This document shows, piece by piece, positions 39,530 to 53,391 of a stretch of DNA of 64,000 bases. The position numbers were made by a program, and so were the translations under genes. The notes beneath the pieces are model-generated. The model was not told where the DNA came from, ran no database searches, and saw nothing but the letters and a program-made list of their open reading frames with translations. The stretch is taken from NCBI RefSeq assembly GCF_031769215.1, contig NW_026782463.1, positions 992,001 to 1,056,000 of the forward strand, given 5' to 3'. Numbering within the stretch: position 1 is the stretch's first letter; each line of letters opens with the position of its first letter. The stretch comes from Ylistrum balloti. Lineage: Eukaryota.

Positions 39530-40960
39530 ACTCATTTCGATACTGATATATACAGATGAAAATGTGTTAAATACGTGCTAATCTCACCAATTATAATATC
39601 ACGTGACTTTAGATCATGATTTATCAATTTTACAATACATGTGAATGTATGACAATAAACAGATGATATATGTACCTCAACGACATTTAAAGACAAGTCG
39701 TGATAATGGGACCAGGTCCTTAAATGTCGAATAAACTGCAACATGTTAACATCATAGGCTGGGGATGCAGGGATATTGCTATCAAGAATTCGAAAATTCA
39801 AAATATCGAAATAGGCGGCTGGTGTAGAAGAGTCATTCGGGTCCTGGATTTTTAAAGACAAGACGTCATCAAAACATCTGAAGGTGGAATAAAACGACAT
39901 GGCAAGGTCTTTGTGACCTGTTTTGATAAGCTCTTCGATAATATCAGTCTCGAATGAAAACAACAGCGAGACAGCTAACAAAGGGGCATATTTAGTTCCC
40001 ATTGGAGGCCAATATTCTGGTGAAATATCTTACCACCAAACTCGACAAAGATGTTATCAACCAAAAATGACCATTTTTATGTTTCCGGCCTCCGTAGATG
40101 TCTTCTTTGATGTGGACATTACATACGATTCANNNNNNNNNNNNNNNNNNNNNNNNNNNNNNNNNNNNNNNNNNNNNNNNNNNNNNNNNNNNNNNNNNNN
40201 NNNNNNNNNNNNNNNNNNNNNNNNNNNNNNNNNNNNNNNNNNNNNNNNNNNNNNNNNNNNNNNNGAAAACAAGAACCAATGCGTTCTTTCAATTTGTTAT
40301 GAAGTATGGTGGTATAATACACAGTGGAAATTTCAAATGCTCTTGAAGAAGAAATGTTTTTTTAGAAGAGGGTGTTGAAGATTTTTAAAATCTCTTTAGA
40401 CTTCTTTAGAATGCATTACTATTAATTTCTCTTCTTGAATAAACCATATCACTTAAGAATTTTACCCAAATTCGGTACTGATAAGTTTGTAATTTTGATT
40501 GGGCACTCAGACAACCCAGTAATAAAACAATGTTTATAGTGATTTTTGTAAAGTTTTGGAATCCAATATAAACGGGGGAGGTCCGTGTCCTTATTATTGA
40601 TAAGCATTGTAAATAATTAGAAAATCGAAACATGATTAGCAAGTATTTCTTCTTTGGAATCTTTGCATAATATAAAGGTTGGGTTTCCATCGTTATCAAG
40701 CAAACCCAGGCCTCTCTGTATACAGGAAATGTAATCATGTTTGTAGACATGGAGACTTGGATCAGGTTAATTGACGCCTTATCTGCAGGAACGCTGATCT
40801 GTGTTTTGTGTTCTTTTAAGATTTCAAGTTTCATTTTTTTAAGAATAGCGAACCAAATAAAATTAAACGCATTATGTTCCTGCTTCATCCATTGTCTGAC
40901 ATGGTTTTCAGCTATCTTGAAATTCATATTCCAAATAACGAATGGGTTTTCATGATGCTT
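39530..40960 (-). mobile_element. Decayed Penelope-like retroelement (RT region), interrupted by an assembly gap
   Basis: Frameshifted motifs in the expected order: VPADKAS, LPRLYWIPKL, YYTTILHNKLKERI, DNIFVEFGGKIF, MGTKYAPLLA, FRCFDDVL, NIPASPAY..QFIRH. Confidence 0.85.
40133..40263. other. Assembly gap (131 N)
   Basis: Run of N. Confidence 1.
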
Positions 40961-43900
40961 AAGAATACATATATATCTTTATATATCAAAGCGCTATTTT
41001 TTTAAAATATTTTATCAACATTCTTCAACAATCATTATTGGTTTTAGATTATTTTGTCTTTATTTCTTCCGATTCGCATGTGGTAGCGTGTCTTCCCATG
41101 GTCATGCCAATGACCTCCTTTTATATTTGATACCTCTTGTGACACGTGATATGGCTTGGGTCAGTTGTAATCCTGCGCATATTCTTTGGGTCGGACGAGA
41201 AACATGATGATGTATGCTTCATGTCATGCAGCAATTTTTGGGCAATTGAAACATCATATCACACACAGAAAGCGCTTCATTTCTATCCCCCTCCTTACTT
41301 ATGGTTCTGTTCTTGTTTTTCTATCTGGAATATTTACGTTTCCGTAGTCAATTGTTTTTTTCTTATTTTCCTGAAGATCGCAGTTTCACGATTATGGATT
41401 TTGTTTTTTTTTTCAATACGTACGCTCCCAAAGCACATGGTTTTACATCTGGGGGGTTTTGGTGTCTTTGTTAACTGGTTTACTGTACCTGTCTTTCGCT
41501 TTTGTGAACAATAAAGAAATAGTAAAATTGCCGACAAGTGGCCATCTTGATTTTTGACAGTCATGAATTGTTATTGCTATTTCTTGAGAAGAACGGATCA
41601 TTTTCATACTCCATATATAGAGATGCCTTGGTTCGTAGTTGTACATAGTATATTTTGGGACTTTCACTCATAAAAAATAGTTCATTTTCTAGTTGATGAT
41701 TCCAAGATTCGTTAATATGACAGTTGAGTTCTAAATTAAAAATCTGGTTCACATTTTACAACGTAACATTGCTTAATTGGATCAACCAAGACTTGCATGG
41801 AAAATCTCATCGCTGAAACAGAATGCGCTAACTCTTTCAGAACATCTGGTCTTATTATACTTGAAAGGTTATCGTTCGTATTTGAGATTGTTTCATCTAT
41901 TTGTTTAATTGAATCTTCGTGTTGTTTGTCATGTTTGTAGGCTTCGCAGTTGTAAAACGTTTAAGTAACTTTGCAAACTTTTTTGCAACAATTTCAATGA
42001 TTTCATATTAAAGAATGATTTCTTGCTTCAAAAACGCTTACCATTTTTTTCATAATTTTCCAGACATAAACCATCTAAAGGAATATCACGAATTTTCATG
42101 GAATCATGTATTTAAACATCTAGATAATTTTCCAACAATCTCCGTTTCTAATGAGGAAAATCTGAAAAAAAAAATTAGAATACATTTTAAAACCTGTAAA
42201 AATATGTCTGGGATGTAACAGTAGACAAATTACATGTACTATTCTTGTTTGACTATTAAACAAAGAAATATGTAGAACTTCTATTACGGAATACTACCAT
42301 TAATGAGCAATGAGTTAATTAACTTTCAGTTGAAAGCAAGGTATTGCTGGTAATAAATTGGGATCGAATGTTATTATCCATCCTGTATGTTTCTTACCGT
42401 TTAGTCGGCATTTCTTAACAATGTATTATACATGTGTAGGGCTAATGATCAATGAAAAAAAGATCCAACAATTTTTATAATATTGATTTATTAAAAAGAT
42501 ATTTTAGAAGTATCCACGATGTTTCTAAGTAAAAGATTGCAAATAGAAAACTATTAGGAAGGACATATGCTATTACATCCAGCACTTTTGCTTATGGTGG
42601 CTTGTGTTTCGGATCAGATCCAGCATGTGGGTGGTTTAACACAGAAATCGGTACAGCTACAATAAAACTTCATGTTGAAGTATAATGTGTTTTCTTTAAT
42701 CTTCAAAACGGCATATAAAGAATTTTCAATTTGGAAATAATTTCGTATTTACTAGATGTACATATATGATATGATATTTCATTTCTGTTGGCAGATATAT
42801 TGTGAATAAATCCTAGCTGCTTACCAAAACCACACCAAACAACGTGCTATCATTAAAGTTATCGATACGAACGCACAATTCTCTAATCTCCCGTCAATCC
42901 CTATGAAATGATACACAGGGAAAAATTGAACAAATTATTCTAGAATCCTATCTGATCGCGATTTAGCTAGACATCGAACAATTAAATTTCATAGGATTGT
43001 AATGACGAACAACATTAGGTGCAGGAGCCTTGTATACCATCCATCGAAAAAGTACAATTCAAGAGAACAAGGTATCTTATCATGGAACGTTTTAACGACA
43101 GAAACATGGTGGAAGTAGAATTGCAAGCCGTATACACTAGTGAGAGTATATCGACAACATCAGATGGTCAACCGGTTTTGAATGGAAGGACTAAGCAGTG
43201 TTTAGGTTATACAATATCGATTAAACTCGCGATTGTCTAATGATATCCTGCTATAATTGGAATTCGTTATTTATAGCAACATATCATCGGTTCTTCACGA
43301 AAGCTTAATTGCATTTTAGCCATTTGTTGCTAAAGACTTACGATATTGAAACTGGGAATTACGAACACAGCATATTGATTTCTCATTTCTACATAGTATC
43401 AGAAAATAACATGGGCGTGAATATAGACCTTAGAATATATATCTTACGGTCAATTTTACCTTTTGTAAAACTCATAATTCTTAGACAAATTCTTTAAACT
43501 TAAATTTATTGTCTTTAATAACACATTCTAGTAATATCAGAGGAAGGGCTTCCATACTTGTATTTCTCTTCTATGGTGCATGCGAGACATGGAAGGCGAG
43601 CCGATGCATGATGTAATTCATTACTTTAGAAAAAAGCATACACTGTGCATACTAAATAATGACAAATGTTGAGCATATCTTACAAGACGAAATCGTGTAA
43701 CTTAAATATTGACAAAATGCCTTTATTTTCCTATAAATTGTAACATTTTGTCACTTGTCCGTGCTAGCAGACTTGTTTACGACATTTTAACAACTATTAT
43801 CAACAATCAGCCTGAAGAAAAAACTTTCGGTACAGCAATTTGAATTGTGCCATTTCTGTATTAAGTATTAAGATTTATTTATGATCGTTTATCATAAGAT

Positions 43901-46900
43901 GTTTTTTTCAGAAAACCAATCATAAGAAACTTAACTTAGATTATGTGACTCATTCGGACGATGTTTAGATGTAAGTCACGCACCGCCCACCAAACCGATA
44001 ACGCAGTTGTATTCTCCAGGCTTTGAGTAAGTTCAACTACGTATATCTTCAGGTCATTGAAAATGACAATAATTGGTTATGACATTTAATCCCGATTTGA
44101 TGTTCTAATTAAAATAATCACAATTCTACATCGAACGATTTCCCGCTGACCACTTAAAGACCATGCCTTAAGGTAACTGTATGGCGCCATCTACCGACGC
44201 TGTCTGGTACCACCCAATCTCTTACCTGGCTGGATAGGCTAAACTTACCTGTCCCGTAACCGTGTTATAATAATAATAAAACATCTTTTATATATATTAC
44301 AGGCAAAAGTTTAAGATCGGCGCCTTTTGAATTAACGGGATGTATCAAAGAGGTTTTATCGGGTTTCATCAGCTCAGTCGGAGAGTGATAAGGGCGTGTT
44401 ATCGGACTTATAACTCGAGGTCACTGGCCCGCTGTGAGAACTAAGGGCCTAAACAATATTAAACTTAACCATATCATTAAAACAATTTCATGTGCTGTAT
44501 TGATAAAATCGGACCTGTATGTTACATTTGTTGATATATGTTGGAAAGCAAGCCAGATGAATTAACATCGCCTATTGCCTGCAGGGCTACGTCTAGGAAC
44601 CTCCCCCCAACTTACACTGACAAGGCCCACCTCGCTATCTTCCTTGTTATTGATCAACCCTATCTGTATACACTTTATCATCTAATTAATTCCTATGTAT
44701 TTAATGAAATTGTTTATCCAGGTTCTATCAAACACCTGGTCTGTACAGCGGATTAGACGTGGGCGAGAGGCAGATCCGTCTCACCACTTCTCCGTCACAC
44801 ACGTGGCAAATTAGTAATATATTTCTAACATGAAATAGCAAAATATAAACGTTAATAAGATTAAACGAAGAATTATTTCGATGTGAAGAATAAGACAAAT
44901 GTTCATATGAGATTACATAAAAGACATCACAAATGATAAATTCGTGATAAAACCTTAACATGAATGAAAAGGACTGTGTTTTATCTAAATAAAGAATATT
45001 TATCCTTTGAGGATGAATTCCTCTGAGAAGTAAAAACATACCACAATATACTGCTTTTCTGTTGATGTTGTTTTGATAGGTTTGATTTTAGAACGTGATT
45101 TAAAAAGCAAAAAATCCATATTTCTTTACTTCTTTTTTGGTACAGGCTTCAGAATGTGTGTAACAGAAACAAAATCATTTTCACATATCATTCTTATTTT
45201 TCCTGAATAACAAACAATCCCTGTCATGCAACCCTCTTCAAAATAAATTTTCTTTACAAGGTAATGGAAAGATACTAAGACGGTAAGAAAAAATCAGATA
45301 AAAAAAAAAAATATGGAAAAGCTAAATTCTCAGTTGATATAAGAAGCTTCAGACTGCATAGCAACCAAGCAATGAAAACGTTAAAAATACCTAAATTCCT
45401 TTTTATCACCGTCTTCTATTATTAAAATATTTTTAAGGATTTTATGTTTGGATAAAGAAAGTTTTGACATGAACAATGAACAGTGATGAAGGTTACCTGC
45501 TTCCAGGTGACTTTAAGCTCTTCTTCTGATTTTGAGTTTGGCAATAATTTAGACCAAAATAATTACCAATATTGGAACATAATCAAATTGCCAAACTCAA
45601 ATATAATAAAACTAGGACAAAAAAACGTACAAGAGAAAGATTAGCATGGGGATTTATAACGAAGTACAAAGATAATAACACCAGGTGTTTCGGAAGTGTA
45701 AACGCCGTTTGCTTCATCGGCGATACCACGAAAATTATGCTTTCTCTTTTGAATACGAAAGAGTATTATAAAAGAAATCAGGAAAAGGATGGTAAACAGG
45801 AAATGTACAATACAGTGTGTAACCTCAAATTATTGGTTCGGCAATTGGTTTGAAACCAGCGATGCATCAGTTGAGATACAGAAGCCTAGACAAGAAACTG
45901 ACCTTATCATGCAGCGTCCGGAAATGGGATCCACGTTTTTAAAACCAGTTTCCGGTCACAGAAACCAAACATTACATCATGAAGTATAGTATCAAACGAA
46001 GGAAATAACATTCAAACAATCACGATGTTGAGATAGAATGTTCACTCTAATGACTTGTTAAGTGTTAAATCAATAAGTCTGTGTGATATAGAATAGTTTA
46101 GCAGGAGTGCTTAAACACATTTGATGACAAATATTACATATGAGAAATATAATTCACATAAGGAGGAAATAAAGCATTTATGACTGATACACATGGTTTA
46201 AATCAATATGACGTTCAGTTTTTTTCCAGTGATTATAATGTATTTATCAGCCCTAACCCAAACAACCTTTAGAGTAGTCAGGTTTTCGTCTTTACTTATT
46301 GTTTAATTAGTAGTACTTTGCAGTAGGGAGTGTATATATATATTAAGATATATTAAAACAAATCTGTCATATTAAGCTCTATATCATATTTGCAGCCATG
46401 TGAAAATTATTGAGATTTGTTTTTGTTTTTATCACGTATGGTTTATTATCAACAATGAATGATCACAGTATGCAATTTCGTTCATCTTTAACGTGTTATT
46501 GTTCTCTTTGTGTTTTGTGTAATTTCCAATGTTAATATTTCTGTAATCAATGCATTATTACAATTCGATAGTTCCAGTTATATTAGTTACCAACAAACAC
46601 GTTCATTTGATTAGAACAAAATAATGTACTGTTTTTAATCAACAGATTCCTAGAGATGTCATCCTAAACGTTGCAATATATATGCAATTTATACAAATTG
46701 ATCAGTCTGTCAGATAAGGTCGGTGGCTGTGTGCTCACACTGACGACATATGCGATACAGCGAAGATGCTAAAGCCGATACTTGGGCACTAAATTGACCA
46801 TGACGCGCAGCGACCGGATATGAGCTCACGTGAAACACCTTCGGTGACATCACTGTCTCCAAGCCGCAGCAGACAATCAATAGCTCCATAGATAGGAACA

Positions 46901-47879
46901 ATGTTAACAATCTACTGCAGTCAATGAAACAGTGAAAATTTGCTGAGTTGTCAGAAAGAGGTGCAGTTAATTACGCGTGGACGATCGACGATGAATCATT
47001 AAAACTGTCCCGAAATAGTTGACACGCGTGGGGAAGAAGTATTGATGGAACATCGGATAGTACTTTTCATCAGCGAGTTATAATATCATACTTTATCACG
47101 ACAGGCAATTATATAGTTACTGCAGAGAAGGAGAGTTTTATTAGAACGGTTGTAAAACCCTTAGTTTTCATATTGTTTATTTTGCACCAATGATGCTATT
47201 ACTGATAAATAAATTCAATTATTTTTTTTATAAAAGTACTTTCGTCCTTCCTAATGTTATTATCGTCCTCATCCTGTAATTTGTGTATGGTTCGCTAGTG
47301 CACATCACAATCCAGCTATTGATATTTTCCCCGTTCAACTCTTATTTTGCTTAGTGCCTTCCTAGTATCACTGACGAGTCCTAAATGGTCGAATCACTGT
47401 ATGATGCTGTTGAATGAATTATTTTGATCTTATTCTAATTTTGTTGTGTGTCTTTTCTACTCCATAGCTACAGACATTCGTATCATGTGAAAAATCAAGC
47501 GAAACAATTACCAACCAATTACCTACAAACGAATACAGAGACACCTTACTTAAATATCTGGATCAGCATGATGAGGCCTGGCAAGTCATAAGTAACATTA
47601 AGGTCGTGTGTATACTCTGGACCAATGCCAGTATTTATTAGAACAAAAACAAGGAAAACATCGACATACTAACAGAGTCTTTCTTAAAAACAAATTCGAT
47701 GAAATCATGGCAAGATAAGAATAAGAACAAAAGAAATATGAATAAAAAGATGAATAAGACAAAGTGTTCGGGAAGGGTTAGAGGTACCCGTCACGTAAAT
47801 CTTGATCAATCCAAGTAAGTAATTTACGTTCCAAAATGAAAGCAAGGTAAACAACAGTGGACCCACCAGGCATCAAACA

Positions 47880-48390
47880 CGTTCAGGTTCCTTTCACACA
47901 GATATGAGATCACTATGACGATTGTAAATTTTCCACTCAAATTTCATTAACCTGTATCTATCGAAAACATGTTGAGAGTTTGTCTCTCAGTTGTGATTTT
48001 GGGAACAGTGCCATGAATATCGATCGACGACATCATAAAACAACATAGACTTGGGGATGCAGGTAGATTGCTATCCAGAAATGAAAAATTTAAGATAGGG
48101 GAAATTGAAATTATCATGGGTATCATATAGCGTTGTTGGAAGCTGTTAATGTTGGCTTCGTCGTAGGGAAAGATGAAGGTGAGTGGCTGATGTCCTTGAT
48201 TTCCAAATCTTGTGGGTGTGGCCATTAGACGAGATCATTAAATTTCTTGTTTTGAAATTGAAAGACTTCGCAAGGTAGGTTTTAATAAGCTTTTCGATGA
48301 ATTCAGCCTCGAATAAAAAAATAAAAACATGCCAGCCTAAAAGAGGGTCACAGTTAGTTCCCACAGACGTTCTTTCAGTTTATCATGGGG
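47880..48390 (-). mobile_element. Penelope-like element RT fragment with internal deletions
   Basis: MGTNCDPLL..FEAEFIEKLIK..LAKSFNF and NFSFLDSNLPASP. Confidence 0.75.
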
Positions 48391-49149
48391 CATGATAGCG
48401 TACAGCGATGAAAAATCTAAAGTGCTAATAGAAGAAATGTTTAGAGTAAACGGTTTCACAATAGGACTGTAAACCAGTTTTAGTAGTGGTGAGAATGGTA
48501 GTAAGCAGTTTCAAGAAGGAGGTCCGTTTTATTATCATTAATTAGCATTCTAAGTGATTGTAGTACTGAAGCACCACTAGATAATATTTCTTTTTAAGAA
48601 AGATTCCTTAATATATTTGTGGATTTTTTCTTCAGTCGAGCACAATAACAAACCTGACATGTAAAACTTGACGCGTGGACTTTTAACAGCATCTTAGATT
48701 TCAAGCTGCTGATTTTTTTAAGAATGATGGACCGAATCGATTTAACTCGGTCATTCTTTGCATGTTGAAATACATTTTCCGATTTACAGACTGTGTTTTG
48801 TCATATTTAGGACCCATCAGGTAAAGCTCCCACGTAATACCACTTCAGATAATGCTTCAATTACCAGTTCCTATGTGCACAATAAGACAACGGATGAAAG
48901 TAGTGGTAGAACAAGAACAAGCTGACGAAGGAGTAGTTCTTAGATATCTACATTCAGTTGTTGCAGCATTTATTTATAGTCAAAAAATGGATGTAATGGT
49001 CTTGGAGTGACTAGGAAATTATAGGGGTATGGTACAATGTTAGCTTGAACAGACAGATTTTGATAGCACTCCCTCCCTTTCTTGTAAACTCAACATTTAT
49101 AAATTGACGAGTTGGTATCTGTACGGGCATCTTCACAATATAACTAAGA

Positions 49150-49520
49150 GGTGCAGCTTTCTGTTAAGCGGTGTGATGAGCATTACGATTCCAATACATT
49201 TGTATCGCAGATGTCTCATCTTTTCTAGATGAAAACAGCGTGTTAGCCAAACTGGTGGTGTTTTCCTGTCGCAGTAATGTCATTATAATTTTTAATTGTT
49301 TACCTAATTTACATGATGGTTTATAAAGACGAAACAAATGCCGCTCACTATTCAGGACCATCTAAACTCTGTCGTAAACAACTTCCCTTTTCGTGATTGT
49401 AACATCCCTGCAAACTGTCGCAATGCTCTCATTAGGAACTATTTATCTCCTTGTACAATACATGTCGGATGGGTTTGATGCTCGCTAGTATGCCTGGTAG
49501 TACCCTTGTTATGCATTATT
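49150..49520 (+). mobile_element. Highly decayed Penelope-like fragment
   Basis: VVNNFPFRDCNIPA resembles the PLE motif IVNFPFLxSNIP; the flanks are only weakly similar. Confidence 0.4.
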
Positions 49521-50585
49521 CTCACTAACGAAGATCGGTCATGTCGCTGATCAAGCATATTTTGCAATAGTTTTATTGAATCTGAGTTATGGATTTATCT
49601 GGGTTTTTTTTAATCCTTTCAGAACCACTAGTCTTAGTATCCCTGAACTTTTTATTCAATGAGTTTTGAGTGTAAATAATTTTATTGTTCATATTTTCCC
49701 ATAGTTTTAGCAAACTGGAGTGTGATTTTAGATTTTGTCGAGTTTTTTTAACTTCCGGGTTAATGCTATACCACCGAGCCTTATGATGGTTAAACATTAT
49801 CTCTCGCAAATTGCAGGATATGATATGTATCATCGCCTGTAAATTGTATTGTATTGGATGATGAAATAGAGTAGAATAAATATAGTTTTTTTTGTTTGTT
49901 TTGTTTTTGTTTTTGTTTGTAAAATCAGGTAAAAACTAATTAATGAAGCAAGATCTAGTACAACTTCCCAGCCAAATTTCGATGTTTCTTTTGAAAAAAC
50001 CTGATTTTCCTCGGTCGCCTTCTGGGTTCAAAATTTACGCCGATAGCACCATTGTCAACTAGAAGGATGAATCAGTTGAATGGTGCCTTTAAATTCATTA
50101 TTTGGCTCTACTATGTCAATTCTTAATGTGCATTGAAAAGTGTTATTCGCTTGTGTGTCTTTAACACAACCTTCGACAATTTGCCTGATGATGGGTATTG
50201 GTTCCTTAAGGTCTGCCGTTGTCGAATATTAACAAATTCTCAGAACATGCACCAATTAAACCAACTTCATGTATATATTTATTATTAGTGCTTAAAATAA
50301 ACTTCATGTATGCAAGTTTGATGAATATCTGATTAATGATTGCTGTGATTTATGTGATATTATGATAAAATAAATGTGCATGTAAATGTGTGTATATATG
50401 ATGATTGAATATCTTATTTATAATTGATGTTATTTATGTGATATAATGATAATGTGCATGTAAACGTGTGTGTAAATGTGTATGTATGTGGTATATGTGT
50501 ACATAATTCTTATAATTGGAATAAATAAAATAGCATCAAACAACAAAATAATTATATTTTCATTCATTATTTTTCTTCTGATGAA

Positions 50586-50694
50586 GGTGGCGACTTGTCT
50601 TGATGTAGGGGGCGACTTGTCTTGATGTAGGGGGCGACCTGTCTTGAGATAATAGGGGGGCGACTTGTCTTGGGGGCGACTTGACTTGATACCG
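50586..50694. repeat. GGCGACTTGTCTTG motif array (5 copies), probable end of a non-autonomous DNA element
   Basis: Five copies at irregular spacing; a local duplication also lies at about 50340-50480. Confidence 0.75.
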
Positions 50695-53391
50695 GACATA
50701 TATATAAAATATTGATATAATTATTTGATTTGAGCATTTTTTTCTGTTTCGTAACATCTATTTCGAATATTTTTTAAAATATGTTTTATCTTTCACTTTT
50801 ATTAACGAGGAGTGCTAAAAATAGAAACATTGTATGATGCTTTATTCGTAGTAATGACAGGTGATTTTGACATGTGTATCCCGTGTTCAATACTTTTAAG
50901 CGAGGTATATTTCATCAGAGAGTTTATCAGGATTAATATTATAGTTCTTTTCAAAGGAGAGATATAAATTCGAGTCATTCTGTAATGTCAAGGCTTTCAG
51001 TAAGACACATTAGAGTTGCTGCATATAACATGCTCTTCAAAACATTACATTTTGTGTGGACTCATAAAAAGTTTGGGGTCAAATTGCGAGTAATAAAATG
51101 AAAATGTAATCGTTGAATTTCTTACATACTTAATTTTGAAGCTAATGTTGCAGTGTTTGTGTTTCCTGTACAATAATCAAAGTCACAAAGTAAAAAGTCA
51201 GTCGTTCACACACTGAAATATTAACACCAAGCATTGGTAAGGAAAACGTTTTGGTATAGGAACTCTGATCGATGTTTACTTCAGTTTGAGTAATTTCTCA
51301 AACTAATAAAGAATAAATAAACCAAGCACATTATTTACGTAAAACATTATTTATTAACATTATTTCTGTTTCGAAAACATTTTAAAGCTAAATAACAAAT
51401 ATTAAGCAGTACTTACAATATCTGTGAAGCTAGTATGCGTATCTGTCACAAAAAGATATTCAATGTGAGTTATGAGAAGGCAATATTATATCATTTTAAC
51501 GTCAAACAAACAGCAATATGCATCTGCTCACTGTGACTAAACACATCACATCTGTTCACGGAGAAGTGATACCAAATAAGGTATCAGCAGAGAGGTTATA
51601 ACGTGATGAACTATGTGATAACATTTTTCTAAAGTTGATATCTAAAGGTTGACGTTCATATGATATGAAAATGGTTTAACGTAAGGAGAACATGGAAAAA
51701 TACGCGTCATTTAAGATCAACAGAAAAGACAGATTTTTTTTCGATATGGTGTGCTATTATTAAAAAGATATGAGGACTTCGTCTGATTTTCTAGGAAATG
51801 TTTTAATATACCTACGCTCAAAAATGGAAAGGGAATTATTTGGTTTTCATACTAACGTAGTAACGTCCAAAATCGGACCACCTGGGATCATTCTTAGCAA
51901 AAAGTATTGCAGGAACAACACGGGAAGAAAAAAACTTTTAAGAATTGGAATGGCATGGAATGCATTTGAATAAACGAGTAATGGCTTTAATGATATAGAT
52001 CGACTAAAGTAGCAAATTAGGTAAGGTCAATTGTGGTCAAAAGCAAGAAATTCGTTCAATATATTCTTTGTCGACATCCTCGGGCTTTTTCTATGAAATA
52101 AATCGATTTTTCGAGAGGAAATTGGTATTAAGTGAGCTAATGTACAGATGTCCAAATATGGCTGAGCCAAGGAAAGTAAAAGGCAGGACCGTGACTAAGG
52201 AAGAAATTTACAGGATCAAAAAGGTTTAATCAAACAGGCGAGTTCAACATATTGGCGTGATTCGATAAAAATTAATACGACCACGAACAATCAATAAAAC
52301 AAAAGAATCTGTATAAAATATACAGACGTTTTTTTGTATTTTATGAGGATGCTCACAAATAAAGCAACGTTTATTGCGCAACCATTACGATGTATATACG
52401 AAAACATTGCCCCTCGGTAATATAGACGATTACTTTACAAATGATTGGGCTGCTATCTCCATGTCAATGAAATACAAGGTTTCAAGTTACAGACAGCATT
52501 TCATTATACAAAATGCAAGTTGACAATCTCTAAAATCACAATAATTTCATATGTACAGACATACAGCAAAAATTTAAAGCCTTGTTCTGATAAAAGGTCA
52601 TAATATACTAGAAAAATAATTTAAGCCGCACACGTTGTGTGCCGTTCATGAATGACAAACACGTATTAAATAAACAATTATCTACTGGCAATAGAATAAA
52701 TTAAAGGACAATTATATTGACAACGTTATTCGACGAAATAAAGAAAAAAGAAATTACAACACGCGTATATGTAACACGCACAGTCTCAAGTGCTTGACGT
52801 AGCATTCATTCATTCAAGTTTTGACTTGTTTCAGTCATAACGTATGGATCTTCACATTTATTTTAACACATACCACAGAAATCGGATCTTAAAACCATTT
52901 TCCAAAGGGAGTAGGGAAAGAAAGGAAAGACAATCTTTACCTTATCTTTTAAATCCATTCTCATTACGTTAAGAACACATAATTACACATACATTACTCA
53001 TAATACGTGTCTTTATATACATAGCCACTTTCTCACGTAGTCAGAATGAGGAAAGCGAGATACATGCATGACGATTAAACCAATGTCTTGTGTCACTAAA
53101 CAATAGCTACTGCTTTTTAGAAGAGAAACATTCCTCGTAATTAATGCACCAAGTCCCCAAGATAATTGAAAGTTTTGCCAGTACTTGATGTCAGTTCTTA
53201 CCACAAGGGAAATGCCGTTTGGTTTAATCCGAGCGAACACAGCACACACACTTTGTACTCAAAGTAATGCTGGGATGACACTGTCGATGTCATGCGCACT
53301 ATCCATTTCCGGTTTGTGACGTACATATTACGCCATAAACTGTTATATACAAATTTTCGGGTCCTTAGTGACAATCTGGCAGTTACCCGAA

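Noticed and set aside
44365-44430. tRNA gene (GCTCAGTCGG..GACTTATAA..GAGGTC)
   Set aside because: No B box or acceptor stem; at most a decayed SINE head.
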